Positions 18,433 to 28,834 of a stretch of 64,000 nt of DNA are shown here, piece after piece. The notes beneath the pieces are model-generated. The model saw nothing but the letters and a program-made list of their open reading frames with translations. It ran no database searches and had not been told where the DNA came from. The stretch comes from an uncultured Solirubrobacterales bacterium (GTDB taxonomy: Bacteria > Actinomycetota > Thermoleophilia > Solirubrobacterales > 70-9). Each line of letters opens with the position of its first letter. Position 1 is the stretch's first letter. Location of the stretch: the NCBI GenBank assembly GCA_937872475.1, contig CALMSY010000025.1, forward strand, positions 6,379 to 70,378. The letters are read 5' to 3'. The position numbers were made by a program, and so were the translations under genes.

Positions 18433-19458
18433 ATGATGATTGTGATGAAAGAAGCGGCGACCGAGGACGAAATCGCCCAGGTCGTGGAACGAGTTGAAAG
18501 CGTTGGCTGTTCGGCGCATATTTCCAAGGGAGAGCTGCTGACGGTAATCGGCGCGATCGGTGACCGTGGCAAGGTTGCGGACCTCGGTCTCGAAGGCGCG
18601 CCCGGAGTGGATCATCTCGCTCCGATTTCGAAGCCGTACAAACTTGCTTCGCGCGAACTGAAGAAAGGTGCCGACTCGATCCTCGAGATCGGCGGACGCA
18701 AGGTCGGCGGGACGAACTTCGCCCTGATGGCCGGCCCGTGCACGGTCGAGAACCGCGATCAGATGCTGGATTCCGCCGACGCCGTGGCCGCCGGCGGGGC
18801 GACCATGCTGCGGGGCGGTGCATACAAACCCCGTACGTCTCCCTACAGCTTCCAGGGACTGGGCCGGGAAGGTTTGCGCCTGTTGGCCGAGGCCCGCGAG
18901 CGCACCGGTCTGCCGATCGTCACCGAGCTGCTGGATTTGCGTGACATCGACGATGTCGTCGAGGTTGCAGACGTGATCCAGATCGGGGCTCGCAACATGC
19001 AGAACTACGCCCTGCTTTCCGAAGCCGGCAAATCCGGCAAGGCGGTTCTGCTCAAGCGAGGACTCTCCGCGACGATCGAGGAGTTGCTGATGGCTTCCGA
19101 ATACATCCTCAAGGAAGGCAACGAGAACGTGATGCTCTGTGAACGCGGCATCCGGACTTACGAAACCGCCTACCGGTTCACCCTCGACCTGCTGGCGGTG
19201 CCCGCCCTCAAGGAACAGACCCATCTGCCGGTGATCATCGATCCGAGTCATGCTCCGGGCCGTCGCGACTGGGTTGAATCAATGTCACTGGCCGCTGCCG
19301 CTGCGGGAGCCGACGGAATCATCATCGAGGTTCACAACGAACCCGAGAAGGCGATATGCGACGCCGCCCAGCAGATTCCGACCTCCGAGTTCCAGGATCT
19401 GGCCTTGAAGCTGGAGACGATTACCGGCGTGGTCGGCAAGACCATTTCACGGGGCTGA
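18433..19458 (+). CDS. aroF: 3-deoxy-7-phosphoheptulonate (DAHP) synthase, type I-beta, with N-terminal regulatory domain
   Basis: Motifs are GPCTVEN and [17 protein letters not shown]. An N-terminal ferredoxin-like segment of about 70 aa precedes the barrel. Confidence 0.9.
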   Translation: MMIVMKEAATEDEIAQVVERVESVGCSAHISKGELLTVIGAIGDRGKVADLGLEGAPGVDHLAPISKPYKLASRELKKGADSILEIGGRKVGGTNFALMAGPCTVENRDQMLDSADAVAAGGATMLRGGAYKPRTSPYSFQGLGREGLRLLAEARERTGLPIVTELLDLRDIDDVVEVADVIQIGARNMQNYALLSEAGKSGKAVLLKRGLSATIEELLMASEYILKEGNENVMLCERGIRTYETAYRFTLDLLAVPALKEQTHLPVIIDPSHAPGRRDWVESMSLAAAAAGADGIIIEVHNEPEKAICDAAQQIPTSEFQDLALKLETITGVVGKTISRG

Positions 19459-19468
19459 AGGGTTCGAA

Positions 19469-20542
19469 ATGAAGTTGGCCGTCCTCGGAGTCGGGCTGAT
19501 CGGAGGGTCGATCGGCCTCGCAGCCCGGCATCGGGGTCTGGCCGAGGTCACCGGCTGGGTCCGGAACCCGGACCGGGTCGATGACTGCCTGAAGGTCGGC
19601 GCGGTCGACCGGATGGCCGATTCGATTGATTCGGCCTGCTCGGAAGCTGACGTGGTGGTCTGCTGCGCGTCAGTCGGTCACCTGATCGAGATGGGCCGCA
19701 AGGCGCTCGAGGCGGCTCCAGCCGGATGTGTGATCACCGATGTCGGCTCGACCAAGCAGGAGCTGGTCGAGGCGCTGGGGTCCGACCCTCGCTTCATTGG
19801 CGGTCATCCGCTGGCCGGAGCAGAAACGGCGGGAGTGCTGAACGCTCGCGAAGACCTGTACGAAGGGGCCCGCTGGTACCTGACCCCGACCTCGGGTTCG
19901 GAAGGGGTGCTGCTCGACCGTCTGCAGAAGCTGGTCACGGGTCTCGGCGCGAAGCCAGTGGCGATTGAAGCGCGGGAGCATGACCAGGCAATGGCGGTGG
20001 TCAGTCACCTGCCCCATGTCTTTGCCAACCAGCTCGCTCTGCAGGGGAGACCGGGCACCGAGCGCCTCGGTGCCCTCGCTCCGAGCCTGCGGGACGGCAC
20101 CCGTGTCGCCGGGTCGAACCCGGCGATCTGGGGTGAGATCTTCGCCACCAACCATGAAGCCGTGACCGGCGCCATCGACGAATCGATCAGGGGTCTTCGG
20201 CAGGCCCGGGAAATCATCGGTTCAGCAGATCCCGGCCGCATCGCCGCCTGGCAGTCGAAAGTGGGCGAGGATCGCGCGGCGTTGTCCGCGACCGAGTCCG
20301 AGGCCGGTGCCACCCACGAATTGCGCGTGCTGGTGCCGAATCAGCCTGGTGTGCTGGCCGAGCTCGCACTCGCCCTGGGGCGTGCCGGAGTCAACATCAG
20401 CGACATGTCACTCGACCCCGCTCCCGACATGAGCAGCGGTGCGATCTCGCTCTGGGTAGCCGGCCAGGATGAGGCCGACAAGGCTGAAGCCTGCATCGCC
20501 GGTCTCGGTCATTCCGTCACCCAGACCGAGAGTGCCCGATGA
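19469..20542 (+). CDS. tyrA: Prephenate/arogenate dehydrogenase with C-terminal ACT domain
   Basis: The Rossmann motif is VLGVGLIGGSIG. An ACT-like C-terminus is present (LRVLVPNQPGVLAELALALGRAGVNI). Confidence 0.85.
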   Translation: MKLAVLGVGLIGGSIGLAARHRGLAEVTGWVRNPDRVDDCLKVGAVDRMADSIDSACSEADVVVCCASVGHLIEMGRKALEAAPAGCVITDVGSTKQELVEALGSDPRFIGGHPLAGAETAGVLNAREDLYEGARWYLTPTSGSEGVLLDRLQKLVTGLGAKPVAIEAREHDQAMAVVSHLPHVFANQLALQGRPGTERLGALAPSLRDGTRVAGSNPAIWGEIFATNHEAVTGAIDESIRGLRQAREIIGSADPGRIAAWQSKVGEDRAALSATESEAGATHELRVLVPNQPGVLAELALALGRAGVNISDMSLDPAPDMSSGAISLWVAGQDEADKAEACIAGLGHSVTQTESAR

Positions 20543-21867
20543 GTGGGCATGAAGTCGGGCTCGACGGTGGTGAAAGGGCAACGTTCCGACCTTCGGGGCC
20601 GCTACGCGGCAGCCTGACCCCACCGGCCGACAAGTCGATATCTCATCGGGCGGCGATCATCGGTGCGATGGCGGATGGACCCACAAGGGTCACCAACTTC
20701 CTTGACTCGGATGACACGCGATCCACGCTCGCCGCCGTGGCCAGGCTTGGAGCGATGGTCAATCCGGAGCCGCTCAACGGCATGCCCGACGAGTTCGTTA
20801 TCGAAGGGGTGGGTCCGACCGGGCCACGCAGTTTCGACCGGATTGATGTCGGCAATGCCGGCACCTTGATGCGGCTGCTTCCCGGCTGGCTGGCCGGAGT
20901 CGAGGGCGGGCTCTGGCGGATGGACGGTGATGCCTCGATCCGGCAACGTCCGGTGGACCGGATCGCCCGGCCGCTTGCCGAGATGGGCGCGCAAATCGAG
21001 GTGACCGATGGTCGCTTTCCACCGATCCGAATCGATGGAACCAGCCTGGAAGGAATCGCCTACGAGCTGCCGGTCGCCTCGGCCCAGGTCAAGTCCTGCA
21101 TCCTGCTTGCCGGACTGGGCGCCAACGGCCCGACCACGGTGATCGAACCTGTGGCTACACGCGACCACACCGAGGTGATGCTCGCCGCTGCCGGCGCCGA
21201 CATCGTCCGCGAACCGGGACGGGTGACTCTGGACCCCGGGCCCACTCTGAGCCTGGACGAGGTCGAGGTTCCATCCGATATCTCCTCGGCCGCTTTCTTC
21301 CTGGTTGCCGGTTCGATTGTCAAAGGCTCCGAGGTCGTCATTGACCGCTGCGGTGTCAACCCGACCAGGACCGGAATTATTGACATCCTGAGACGCATGG
21401 GTGCGGACATCGAGGTTGAACCGCAGACCGGGGCTGAGGGCGAGCCGATCGCCCGGATCACGGTCCGCCCCTCACCGCTCACCGGGACCAGGGTGGAGGG
21501 TGCCGAGATACCGCTGGCGATCGATGAGCTGCCCTTGGTCGCGCTGGCCGCATGTTTCGCCTCCGGCGAGACGGTGATAGCCGATGCCGAGGAACTGAAA
21601 GCCAAGGAATCAGACCGGATTGCTGTCGTGGTCGACGCACTCTCCGGGTTCGGGGCCGAGATCGAAGCCCTTGAAGACGGAATGCGAATCATCGGTTCGG
21701 GCGGAATCAGGGGCGGCGATGTCGATTCCCACGGTGATCACCGGATCGCGATGCTCGGCGCAATCGCCGGAATCGCCAGTGAGCAGGGGGTGACCGTTGA
21801 GAACATGGACGCCGCCGCGGTCAGCTATCCGACTTTTCAGCAGGATCTGAAACGACTGCTCGGCTAG
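20539..21867 (+). CDS. aroA: 3-phosphoshikimate 1-carboxyvinyltransferase (EPSP synthase)
   Basis: It has PADKSISHRA and VGNAGTLMRLL motifs. An ATGA overlap joins it to tyrA. Confidence 0.95.
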   Translation: MSGHEVGLDGGERATFRPSGPLRGSLTPPADKSISHRAAIIGAMADGPTRVTNFLDSDDTRSTLAAVARLGAMVNPEPLNGMPDEFVIEGVGPTGPRSFDRIDVGNAGTLMRLLPGWLAGVEGGLWRMDGDASIRQRPVDRIARPLAEMGAQIEVTDGRFPPIRIDGTSLEGIAYELPVASAQVKSCILLAGLGANGPTTVIEPVATRDHTEVMLAAAGADIVREPGRVTLDPGPTLSLDEVEVPSDISSAAFFLVAGSIVKGSEVVIDRCGVNPTRTGIIDILRRMGADIEVEPQTGAEGEPIARITVRPSPLTGTRVEGAEIPLAIDELPLVALAACFASGETVIADAEELKAKESDRIAVVVDALSGFGAEIEALEDGMRIIGSGGIRGGDVDSHGDHRIAMLGAIAGIASEQGVTVENMDAAAVSYPTFQQDLKRLLG

Positions 21868-21894
21868 CCGGGACGACCAGGCGGAGCGTCCCGG
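21868..21894. terminator. Hairpin filling the 28-nt convergent spacer between aroA and the acyltransferase gene
   Basis: ccgggacg and cgtcccgg form an 8-bp perfect stem with an 11-nt loop. Confidence 0.4.
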
Positions 21895-21895
21895 T

Positions 21896-22969
21896 TCAGT
21901 CTGATTCGCCCCTCGCGGCGAGCTCCTCGCCGACCCAGTCATCGATCATCTGCCACTTCTCGTAAAGCCATTCGGTTCGAAGATCGTCACCCTCCGGAAT
22001 CGTGGTGCCGTCATACCTCCAGAAGCGGATCTTTATCTCCCGGCCGACCAGGACCCCGGCCCACACATCCTTGACAGTGCGGAGTCCCTCGAAGCCGACG
22101 TGACCGCAGAAGACAATGTCGGTTCCTGCGGCAGCCTCGTCAAGAATCGCCAGCGGGCCACCGAGCCGGGGCGGCAGCAGGTGGTTGAGCCGGGCCGCCA
22201 TCGGCCAGATCCCGGGTTGCCGCTCGGCGATTACCTCCTGGGCCCGGGCGATCTTGGCCGGGGTGGGTCGAGTCCCCTCCGGGTAGATCGCCATGATCTC
22301 GCCGGGGCTCATATCGTGAGTGAGAGCACGAACGGCGGCAATTTCGGTATCCGGGTCGAGCGATCCACGCTTGACGAAGACGGTGGGAATCCAGCGACCA
22401 CCGATGTCGATCGGCGTCAAGGCCCGGATCTCCTCCTTGATCACGTAGCGGACCCCGATTCCCTGTGGATGCCCGATGAAGACATCGCCGATCAGGTTGT
22501 CGAGGATGCTGACATGGCGCGGCATGAGAATGTAGGCGCCGGGGGTGGTCACCTGCAGGTCTTCCAGCTCGAATTTGAGCCCGAAGAGAATCCGGATCGC
22601 GATCAGGTGGTTGCGGGCCCAGGCGATCCGAAGCGCGTAGATCCACCTCCGCCGGCGGATTGACCCCCTGCCCCAGGGGCCGCCTGTGAACGCGTAGATA
22701 AAAACCAGCTTGAGGTAAGCCTTCATCTCCCCGAAGAGGAACCACCAGATCGCCGGGATCATGCGGATCGTGACGAACGGCCTGCGATTCCGGACCCAGA
22801 GAACCGAATCGACCAGCAAAGCAATCAGCATCAGGAGCGGGGAGAGGACGGTCAGAAGCAGGAAGCCAAAGATCTCTGCGGCCATCCCGACCGTTCGGCG
22901 CTTTATGCGTGGGCCGAGCGGACCGTCATCAGGGAAGAGTGGTCCCCGGCCGGGGGTCTGGACGCGCAT
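21896..22969 (-). CDS. Membrane-anchored lysophospholipid (PlsC-like) acyltransferase
   Basis: It has the HX4D motif (PRHVSILD), a PEGTR motif (YPEGTRP) and N-terminal TM helices. The start is uncertain: in-frame ATGs lie at 23071, 22969 and 22885. Confidence 0.75.
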   Translation of the reverse strand: MRVQTPGRGPLFPDDGPLGPRIKRRTVGMAAEIFGFLLLTVLSPLLMLIALLVDSVLWVRNRRPFVTIRMIPAIWWFLFGEMKAYLKLVFIYAFTGGPWGRGSIRRRRWIYALRIAWARNHLIAIRILFGLKFELEDLQVTTPGAYILMPRHVSILDNLIGDVFIGHPQGIGVRYVIKEEIRALTPIDIGGRWIPTVFVKRGSLDPDTEIAAVRALTHDMSPGEIMAIYPEGTRPTPAKIARAQEVIAERQPGIWPMAARLNHLLPPRLGGPLAILDEAAAGTDIVFCGHVGFEGLRTVKDVWAGVLVGREIKIRFWRYDGTTIPEGDDLRTEWLYEKWQMIDDWVGEELAARGESD

Positions 22970-23069
22970 CGCCTGATCGTATTCGGGCCGGGCTTTCCTC
23001 TGCTTGCTGCGAGGTTCCCGGTCCGGCGCCGGAACCGTAGGATTGAGGTCCTGTGATTGGCGCAATGAC

Positions 23070-23708
23070 ATGGTGATCGCGATTGACGGACCGGCCGGGG
23101 CCGGCAAATCCACGGTTGCCCGCGGACTGGCCCGCGAGCTCGGTTTCACCTACCTTGACTCCGGGGCGATGTATCGCTGCGTTGCGTTCACATGCCTTGA
23201 CTGGGGTGCGGACCCGACCTCATCAGGAGAAGCGACTTCAACTGCGGAGTCGATCGAGATCGGCTTCGAAGATGGCGAAGTGCTGATCGATGGAGTGCCG
23301 GTAACCGGGGAGATCCGCACGCCCGAGGTCACCGAAGCGGCTTCACTCGTTTCGGTTCATCCTGGAGTCCGGGCAGCGATGGTCGCCGAGCAGCAGCGTC
23401 TGATCGCCACCGGTCCTTACGTGACCGAGGGCCGTGACATCGGCACCGTGGTCGCTCCCGACTCACCCTTGAAGATCTTTCTGACCGCCTCGCCGGAGGC
23501 GCGGGCCGAACGCCGCGCGGCGGAAACCGGGGCGGATGTAGCGGCGGTGAAGAGCGCACAGGACGAGCGTGACCGCCGCGATTCCGAACGTGAGCACGGT
23601 GCCCTTTACGCGGCCGGGGATGCGGTAACGATCGACAGCACCGGGTTGACCGCCGAAGAGGTGGTTTCCAGAATCGCCGGCCTGGCACGGGAGCGGGGCC
23701 TGGCCTGA
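23070..23708 (+). CDS. cmk: Cytidylate kinase
   Basis: [18 protein letters not shown] carries the P-loop. It is followed by der, as in many bacteria. Confidence 0.92.
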   Translation: MVIAIDGPAGAGKSTVARGLARELGFTYLDSGAMYRCVAFTCLDWGADPTSSGEATSTAESIEIGFEDGEVLIDGVPVTGEIRTPEVTEAASLVSVHPGVRAAMVAEQQRLIATGPYVTEGRDIGTVVAPDSPLKIFLTASPEARAERRAAETGADVAAVKSAQDERDRRDSEREHGALYAAGDAVTIDSTGLTAEEVVSRIAGLARERGLA

Positions 23709-25051
23709 TGGAAGCTTCGAACGGGTCGGCGGCAACGTCCTCGGCGGTGCCGACCGTTGCGATCGTCGGGTTTCCGAACGTCGGCAAATCCACCCTGGTC
23801 AACCGGCTGGCTGGTGGCCGCGAGGCTGTGGTCCATTCGGAAGCCGGGGTGACCCGGGACCGCAAGCGGGTGCGTTGTGAATGGAACGGCCGTGAATTCG
23901 ACCTGCTTGACACTGGCGGGATCGACCTCGACGACGAAACCGAAATGGCGGCTGATATCCAGCGGCAGGCGCGGCTCGGCATGGCTGAAGCAGATGTGAT
24001 CGTGCTGGTGGTCAATGGGCAGGCCGGACTTCGCACCGGAGATGACGACCTAGCCCGGGAACTTCGCTCCTCTCCGGTCCCGGTGATCGTCGCCGTAAAC
24101 AAATCCGATCGTCCGGACGACGCGTTTGCCGCGACGGAGTTCTACGCGCTGGGGCTGGGTGACCCGACCGCTGTTTCAGCGACTCACGGAATCGGTACCG
24201 GCGATCTTCTTGACCGGATCACCGGGGAGCTTGGCGACAAACCTGCCCGGGTCCACGATTCAGATGCGGTGCGTATCGCTCTGATCGGCCGGCCAAACGT
24301 CGGCAAGTCATCTCTTGTCAACCGCATCCTTGGCGATGACCGGGTTATCGTTTCCGAAGTTGCCGGAACTACCCGGGATGCGATCGATACCCCGATCGAG
24401 GTGGACGGACGCCAGGTGATTCTGGTTGACACCGCAGGTCTACGGCGCAAATCAAAGGTGGCCGGCTCGGTTGACCACTACGCCCAGCTCCGTTCAGAGC
24501 GGGCGATCGAAAGGGCAGACGTCGCGATCATCGTCTGTGACGCGAATGAAGGCGTTCGCTCCGAAGACCTGAAGGTCGGGGAAGTGGCGATGAAAGCGGG
24601 CTGCGCCACGATGATCGTGATGAACAAGTGGGACATCACCGAGACGGATATCGACGACACCCGCGCCCGGGTTGCACGCAAGCTTCGGCTTCGACCGGAA
24701 GTTGTGACCTGCTCGGCCCTCTCTGGTCGAAACGTCGCCGGACTGATTTCCCGGGCGGTCGCGTTGGCTGACCGGGCCGCCCAGAGGATCCCGACCCCAC
24801 AGCTCAACCGCTTCATTTCCGAGGTCGTCACGACCACCCCGCCACCTTCACGTCGCGGTCGCCGGCTGAAGCTTCTGTACGGGGCCCAGACCGAAGTCTC
24901 ACCACCCCGTTTCGCGATTCAGGTGAACGATCGCCGGCTAATTTTCCGGGACTGGGCGTATCACCTCGAGAACCGGCTCAGAGAGCAGTGGGGTCTTGAC
25001 GGGGTGCCCCTCGTCATCGACTACATTCCGCGCAAGGGCCGGGATGACTAG
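23708..25051 (+). CDS. der: Ribosome-associated GTPase Der/EngA (two G domains plus KH-like domain)
   Basis: Two P-loops are present, GFPNVGKST and GRPNVGKSS. The start ATG shares one nt with the cmk TGA stop. Confidence 0.95.
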   Translation: MEASNGSAATSSAVPTVAIVGFPNVGKSTLVNRLAGGREAVVHSEAGVTRDRKRVRCEWNGREFDLLDTGGIDLDDETEMAADIQRQARLGMAEADVIVLVVNGQAGLRTGDDDLARELRSSPVPVIVAVNKSDRPDDAFAATEFYALGLGDPTAVSATHGIGTGDLLDRITGELGDKPARVHDSDAVRIALIGRPNVGKSSLVNRILGDDRVIVSEVAGTTRDAIDTPIEVDGRQVILVDTAGLRRKSKVAGSVDHYAQLRSERAIERADVAIIVCDANEGVRSEDLKVGEVAMKAGCATMIVMNKWDITETDIDDTRARVARKLRLRPEVVTCSALSGRNVAGLISRAVALADRAAQRIPTPQLNRFISEVVTTTPPPSRRGRRLKLLYGAQTEVSPPRFAIQVNDRRLIFRDWAYHLENRLREQWGLDGVPLVIDYIPRKGRDD

Positions 25052-25129
25052 GCTTTCTGATCAGATTTCAAGTATTCAAGTTAATTTCACGATCAGTCCG
25101 TCAGCAGCACACAAGGAGAAACTTCCCGA

Positions 25130-26359
25130 ATGACCCAGTTGAAGCTTGCCGAAGGTGAACACCTTTTCACCTCGGAGTCCGTCACCGAAGGCCATCCCGA
25201 CAAGATCGCCGATCAGATTTCGGATTCTGTGCTTGATGCCTGCCTCAGCCAGGACCCAAACTCGCGGGTTGCCTGTGAGACGCTGGTCAATACGGGAATG
25301 GCGGTCATTTCCGGCGAGCTCTCCACTTCCGCCCAGATCGACATCACCGACCTGGTCCGCCAGACAGTCTGCGAAATTGGCTACGACAAGGGCGAGTACG
25401 GCTACGACGGAAACAACATCTCCGTGCTTGTTTCGATGGACAAGCAGTCCCCCGACATCGCCCAGGGCGTCGACACCGGCATAGAGACCCGCACAGGCGG
25501 TTCCTCTGATCAGTTCGACCTCGACGGGGCCGGTGACCAGGGCATGATGTTCGGCTACGCCACCAACGAAACCGAAGCCCTGATGCCGATGCCGATCCAG
25601 ATCGCTCACCGGCTCTCGGAAAGGCTATCTCTGGTCCGCAAGGACGGAACTCTTCCTTACCTGCGCCCCGACGGCAAGACCCAGGTCACGATCCGGTATG
25701 CGGACGGCAGGCCGGTCGCGGTCGAACAGGTGCTGATTTCGACCCAGCACGCACCGGATATCGACAATGAAGAAACAATCCGTCCGGATCTCTGGGAAAA
25801 CGTGATCCGGCCGGTTCTGGCCGAGGAATACGCGGATCTGCTCGACGAGAATGCCCTCTACGAGTCACTTCTGATCAATCCGACCGGAATCTTTGTGATC
25901 GGTGGTCCGGTCGGTGATGCCGGACTGACCGGCCGCAAGATCATCGTCGACACCTACGGTGGCGCGGCCCGCCACGGTGGCGGTGCCTTCTCCGGCAAGG
26001 ATCCGTCGAAGGTTGACCGTTCGGCCGCCTACGCAGCCCGCTATGCGGCCAAGAATGTGGTCGCATCCGGTCTCGCCGATCGCTGTGAAGTCCAGGTCGC
26101 GTACGCGATCGGTGTCGCGCGTCCGGTTTCGATCATGGCCCAGACCTTCGGTACCGGCAAAAAGAGCGACTGGGAGATCTCCGAGCTCGTCGCCGGGAAC
26201 TTCGATCTCAGGCCCGGCGCCTTCCGCCAGTACCTCGACCTGCACCGTCCCATTTACAAGGACACCGCAGCCTACGGTCACTTCGGCCGCTCTAACGAGA
26301 ACTTCACCTGGGAACGCACCGACCGAGCCGAACAGCTCAAGGAAGCCGCCGGGATCTGA
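25130..26359 (+). CDS. metK: S-adenosylmethionine synthase
   Basis: Motifs are [12 protein letters not shown] and [16 protein letters not shown]. An AAGGAGA Shine-Dalgarno sequence lies upstream, preceded by an AT-rich stretch. Confidence 0.97.
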   Translation: MTQLKLAEGEHLFTSESVTEGHPDKIADQISDSVLDACLSQDPNSRVACETLVNTGMAVISGELSTSAQIDITDLVRQTVCEIGYDKGEYGYDGNNISVLVSMDKQSPDIAQGVDTGIETRTGGSSDQFDLDGAGDQGMMFGYATNETEALMPMPIQIAHRLSERLSLVRKDGTLPYLRPDGKTQVTIRYADGRPVAVEQVLISTQHAPDIDNEETIRPDLWENVIRPVLAEEYADLLDENALYESLLINPTGIFVIGGPVGDAGLTGRKIIVDTYGGAARHGGGAFSGKDPSKVDRSAAYAARYAAKNVVASGLADRCEVQVAYAIGVARPVSIMAQTFGTGKKSDWEISELVAGNFDLRPGAFRQYLDLHRPIYKDTAAYGHFGRSNENFTWERTDRAEQLKEAAGI

Positions 26360-26382
26360 CCCCGGCCTCAGGCCAGCATCAG

Positions 26383-26421
26383 GCGAGAGTCCATCGGCGG
26401 TAGATGCTGATGAACTCTCGC
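26383..26421. terminator. Hairpin in the convergent metK/HAD spacer
   Basis: gcgagagt and actctcgc form an 8-bp stem with an inner alternative pairing, followed by ttgaaat. Confidence 0.25.
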
Positions 26422-26483
26422 TTGAAATCCGGGCATGGACCTTCGGGATCTGGCCCGGGCAGCGGGAAGCCCGCGTGGTCTTG

Positions 26484-27200
26484 CTAAACCGGGAAGCCTG
26501 ACTCGACCGTTGGCAGAGCCCATTCAGGGCCTGTCGCCTTCAGGGTTTCGAGATCGAAGAGTCCGGTGGCGACGCTGACGATGCGAATCCCGGCTTCATG
26601 CGCCGCCGTCACGTCGCGGGGAGTGTCACCGACCGCGATGAAATCATCCTTGGAAAGGAATTGGGGTTCGCCGTTCGGGTAACTGCCCGTGGCTGCGGCG
26701 ACGATGCCGCGCTTGACGGCGCCCAGGGTCAATTCGGTCCGGTCAGCGGAATCCGAGCCGTAGCCACCGAACGCAAAAAAGCGGTTGAGGTCTCCACGAT
26801 CGAGTTTGATCTTCGCGGCCGGTTCGATGTTCCCGGTGGTCATGCCGATGGGGAAGCCGGCCTCCGCGAGGCGTTCGAGCAATTCCAGGATTCCAGGTTC
26901 GATCCTGTATCCCTCAGAGGCAGCCACAGCTTCGGGCAGTTCTCTCAGGTAGACCGGGGTCAACTGGTCTACATCTTCCGGGGTCGGCTCCCGGTCCAGG
27001 ACGGTTCGAAGGGCGGCCAAGGCGACATCGTGGTCGGTCATGCCTGATTCAGTCACCCTCGCGATGTCAACCGACTTGCCGAAAACTTCCTGAAACGCTC
27101 TGTCCCAGGCGACTCCGCCAGCGCCGCCGGTCGTCAGGAGTGTGCCGTCGACATCGAAAATGACCGATCTGATCGGGGCATCAGCCGGAACGGGACTCAC
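26484..27200 (-). CDS. HAD-superfamily hydrolase (phosphatase-like)
   Basis: It has the DxDGT motif (IFDVDGTLL). The GTG start overlaps the pgi stop (GTGA on the minus strand). Confidence 0.75.
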   Translation of the reverse strand: MSPVPADAPIRSVIFDVDGTLLTTGGAGGVAWDRAFQEVFGKSVDIARVTESGMTDHDVALAALRTVLDREPTPEDVDQLTPVYLRELPEAVAASEGYRIEPGILELLERLAEAGFPIGMTTGNIEPAAKIKLDRGDLNRFFAFGGYGSDSADRTELTLGAVKRGIVAAATGSYPNGEPQFLSKDDFIAVGDTPRDVTAAHEAGIRIVSVATGLFDLETLKATGPEWALPTVESGFPV

Positions 27201-28831
27201 CGGCGACCGTTTGCTTCCCGGTAGCGACGGATCAGGTTGGTGGTCGAGCTGTCGTGTGAACCCGGATCAGGTGCCCGGCCGGACTCCAGCTCGGGGATGA
27301 TTGCCTGGGCAAGGGCCTTGCCGAGTTCGACGCCCCACTGGTCGAAGGAATCAATCTGCCAGACCGCTCCCTGGGTGAAGACGGAATGCTCGTAGAAGGC
27401 GACCAGGGTGCCCAGCGAACCGGGCGTCAGGCGGTCTACAAGGATGGTCGATGTGGGGCGGTTGCCGGAGAAGGTCTTGTGCGGGATCAGCCTCTCTTCC
27501 ACACCCTCGTCGCGGAGCTGACCGGCAGTCTTTCCGAAGGCCAGCGCTTCGGTTTGGGCGAACACATTGGAAACCAGCAGGTCCTGATGGTTGCCGAGCG
27601 GGTTCAGGGCGTGATTGAAGCCGATGAAATCAGCCGGGATCATCTCGGTTCCCTGGTGAACCAGTTGATAGAAGGAATGCTGGCCGTTGGTGCCGGGTTC
27701 TCCCCAGAAGATCGCCCCGGTGCCGTAGTCGACCGGCTCGCCGTCCGCGGTGACTCCTTTGCCATTCGACTCCATGGTCAGTTGCTGGAGGTAGGCGGGA
27801 AAACGATGCAGGTACTCGCTGTAGGGAAAGACGGCATGGGTCTCGGCGCCGAAGAAGTTCCGGTACCAGACGGTCAGCAGGCCGTGAATGGCCGGAAGAT
27901 TGGACTCCAGCCTGGTCTCCAGGAAATGCTCATCCATCCGGTGAAATCCCTCGAGCATCTCGTTGAACCGGTCCGGTCCGATCGCCAGCATGGTCGAGAG
28001 GCCGATTGCCGAATCCATCGAGTAGCGACCACCGACCCATTCCCAGAAGCCGAACATTTTGTCAGTATCGATACCGAATTCGGCTACTCCGGCGGCATTG
28101 GTCGAAACCGCGACGAAGTGCTTCGCGATTGCGGCTTCGTCTGCGCCAAGGCCATCGAGCAGCCACTGGCGGGCGGTCTGGGCATTGGTCATCGTCTCCA
28201 GCGTGGTGAAGGTTTTCGAGGAAACGATGAAGAGAGTCTCGGCCGGGTCGGCGTCCAGGGTGGCCTCCCGGAAATCGGTGCCGTCGACATTCGAGACGAA
28301 GCGAAAACCGATGTCGCGCCTCGAGTAGTCCTTCAGTGCTTCGTAAGCCATGACGGGCCCGAGGTCAGAGCCTCCGATGCCGATGTTGATGATCCGCTTG
28401 ATCGGTCTGCCGGTGTGGCCTTTCCACTCTCCTGAACGAACCGACTCGGTGAACGCTGCCATCCGGTCAAGCACCTCGTGAACCTGACGCACGACATCGA
28501 CGCCGTCGACCACCAGCGACCTGCTTCGCGGCATCCGAAGCGCGACATGAAGCACAGCCCGGTCTTCCGAGGTGTTGATGTGTTCACCGCGGAACATCGC
28601 GTCGCGGCGTTCGGGCATATGCATCTCGCGGGCCAGACCGGCCAGCAGGCCGACCGTTTCCCGGCTTGCGAGGTTCTTCGAATAGTCGAAGAAGAGCCCA
28701 CAGGCCTCCGCGGTCAGGTCCGTGCCGCGCGACGGGTCATCCGCGAAAAGGTCCCGCAGATGGACGGCGGCTATGTCCTTGTGGTGGCCCTCGAGAGTCT
28801 TGAACGCGGCTGACTCCCGGAGCGCAGTCAC
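27197..28831 (-). CDS. pgi: Glucose-6-phosphate isomerase
   Basis: It has [10 protein letters not shown] and typical PGI signature regions over the full 544-aa length. Confidence 0.95.
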   Translation of the reverse strand: MTALRESAAFKTLEGHHKDIAAVHLRDLFADDPSRGTDLTAEACGLFFDYSKNLASRETVGLLAGLAREMHMPERRDAMFRGEHINTSEDRAVLHVALRMPRSRSLVVDGVDVVRQVHEVLDRMAAFTESVRSGEWKGHTGRPIKRIINIGIGGSDLGPVMAYEALKDYSRRDIGFRFVSNVDGTDFREATLDADPAETLFIVSSKTFTTLETMTNAQTARQWLLDGLGADEAAIAKHFVAVSTNAAGVAEFGIDTDKMFGFWEWVGGRYSMDSAIGLSTMLAIGPDRFNEMLEGFHRMDEHFLETRLESNLPAIHGLLTVWYRNFFGAETHAVFPYSEYLHRFPAYLQQLTMESNGKGVTADGEPVDYGTGAIFWGEPGTNGQHSFYQLVHQGTEMIPADFIGFNHALNPLGNHQDLLVSNVFAQTEALAFGKTAGQLRDEGVEERLIPHKTFSGNRPTSTILVDRLTPGSLGTLVAFYEHSVFTQGAVWQIDSFDQWGVELGKALAQAIIPELESGRAPDPGSHDSSTTNLIRRYREANGRR

Positions 28832-28834
28832 CGG

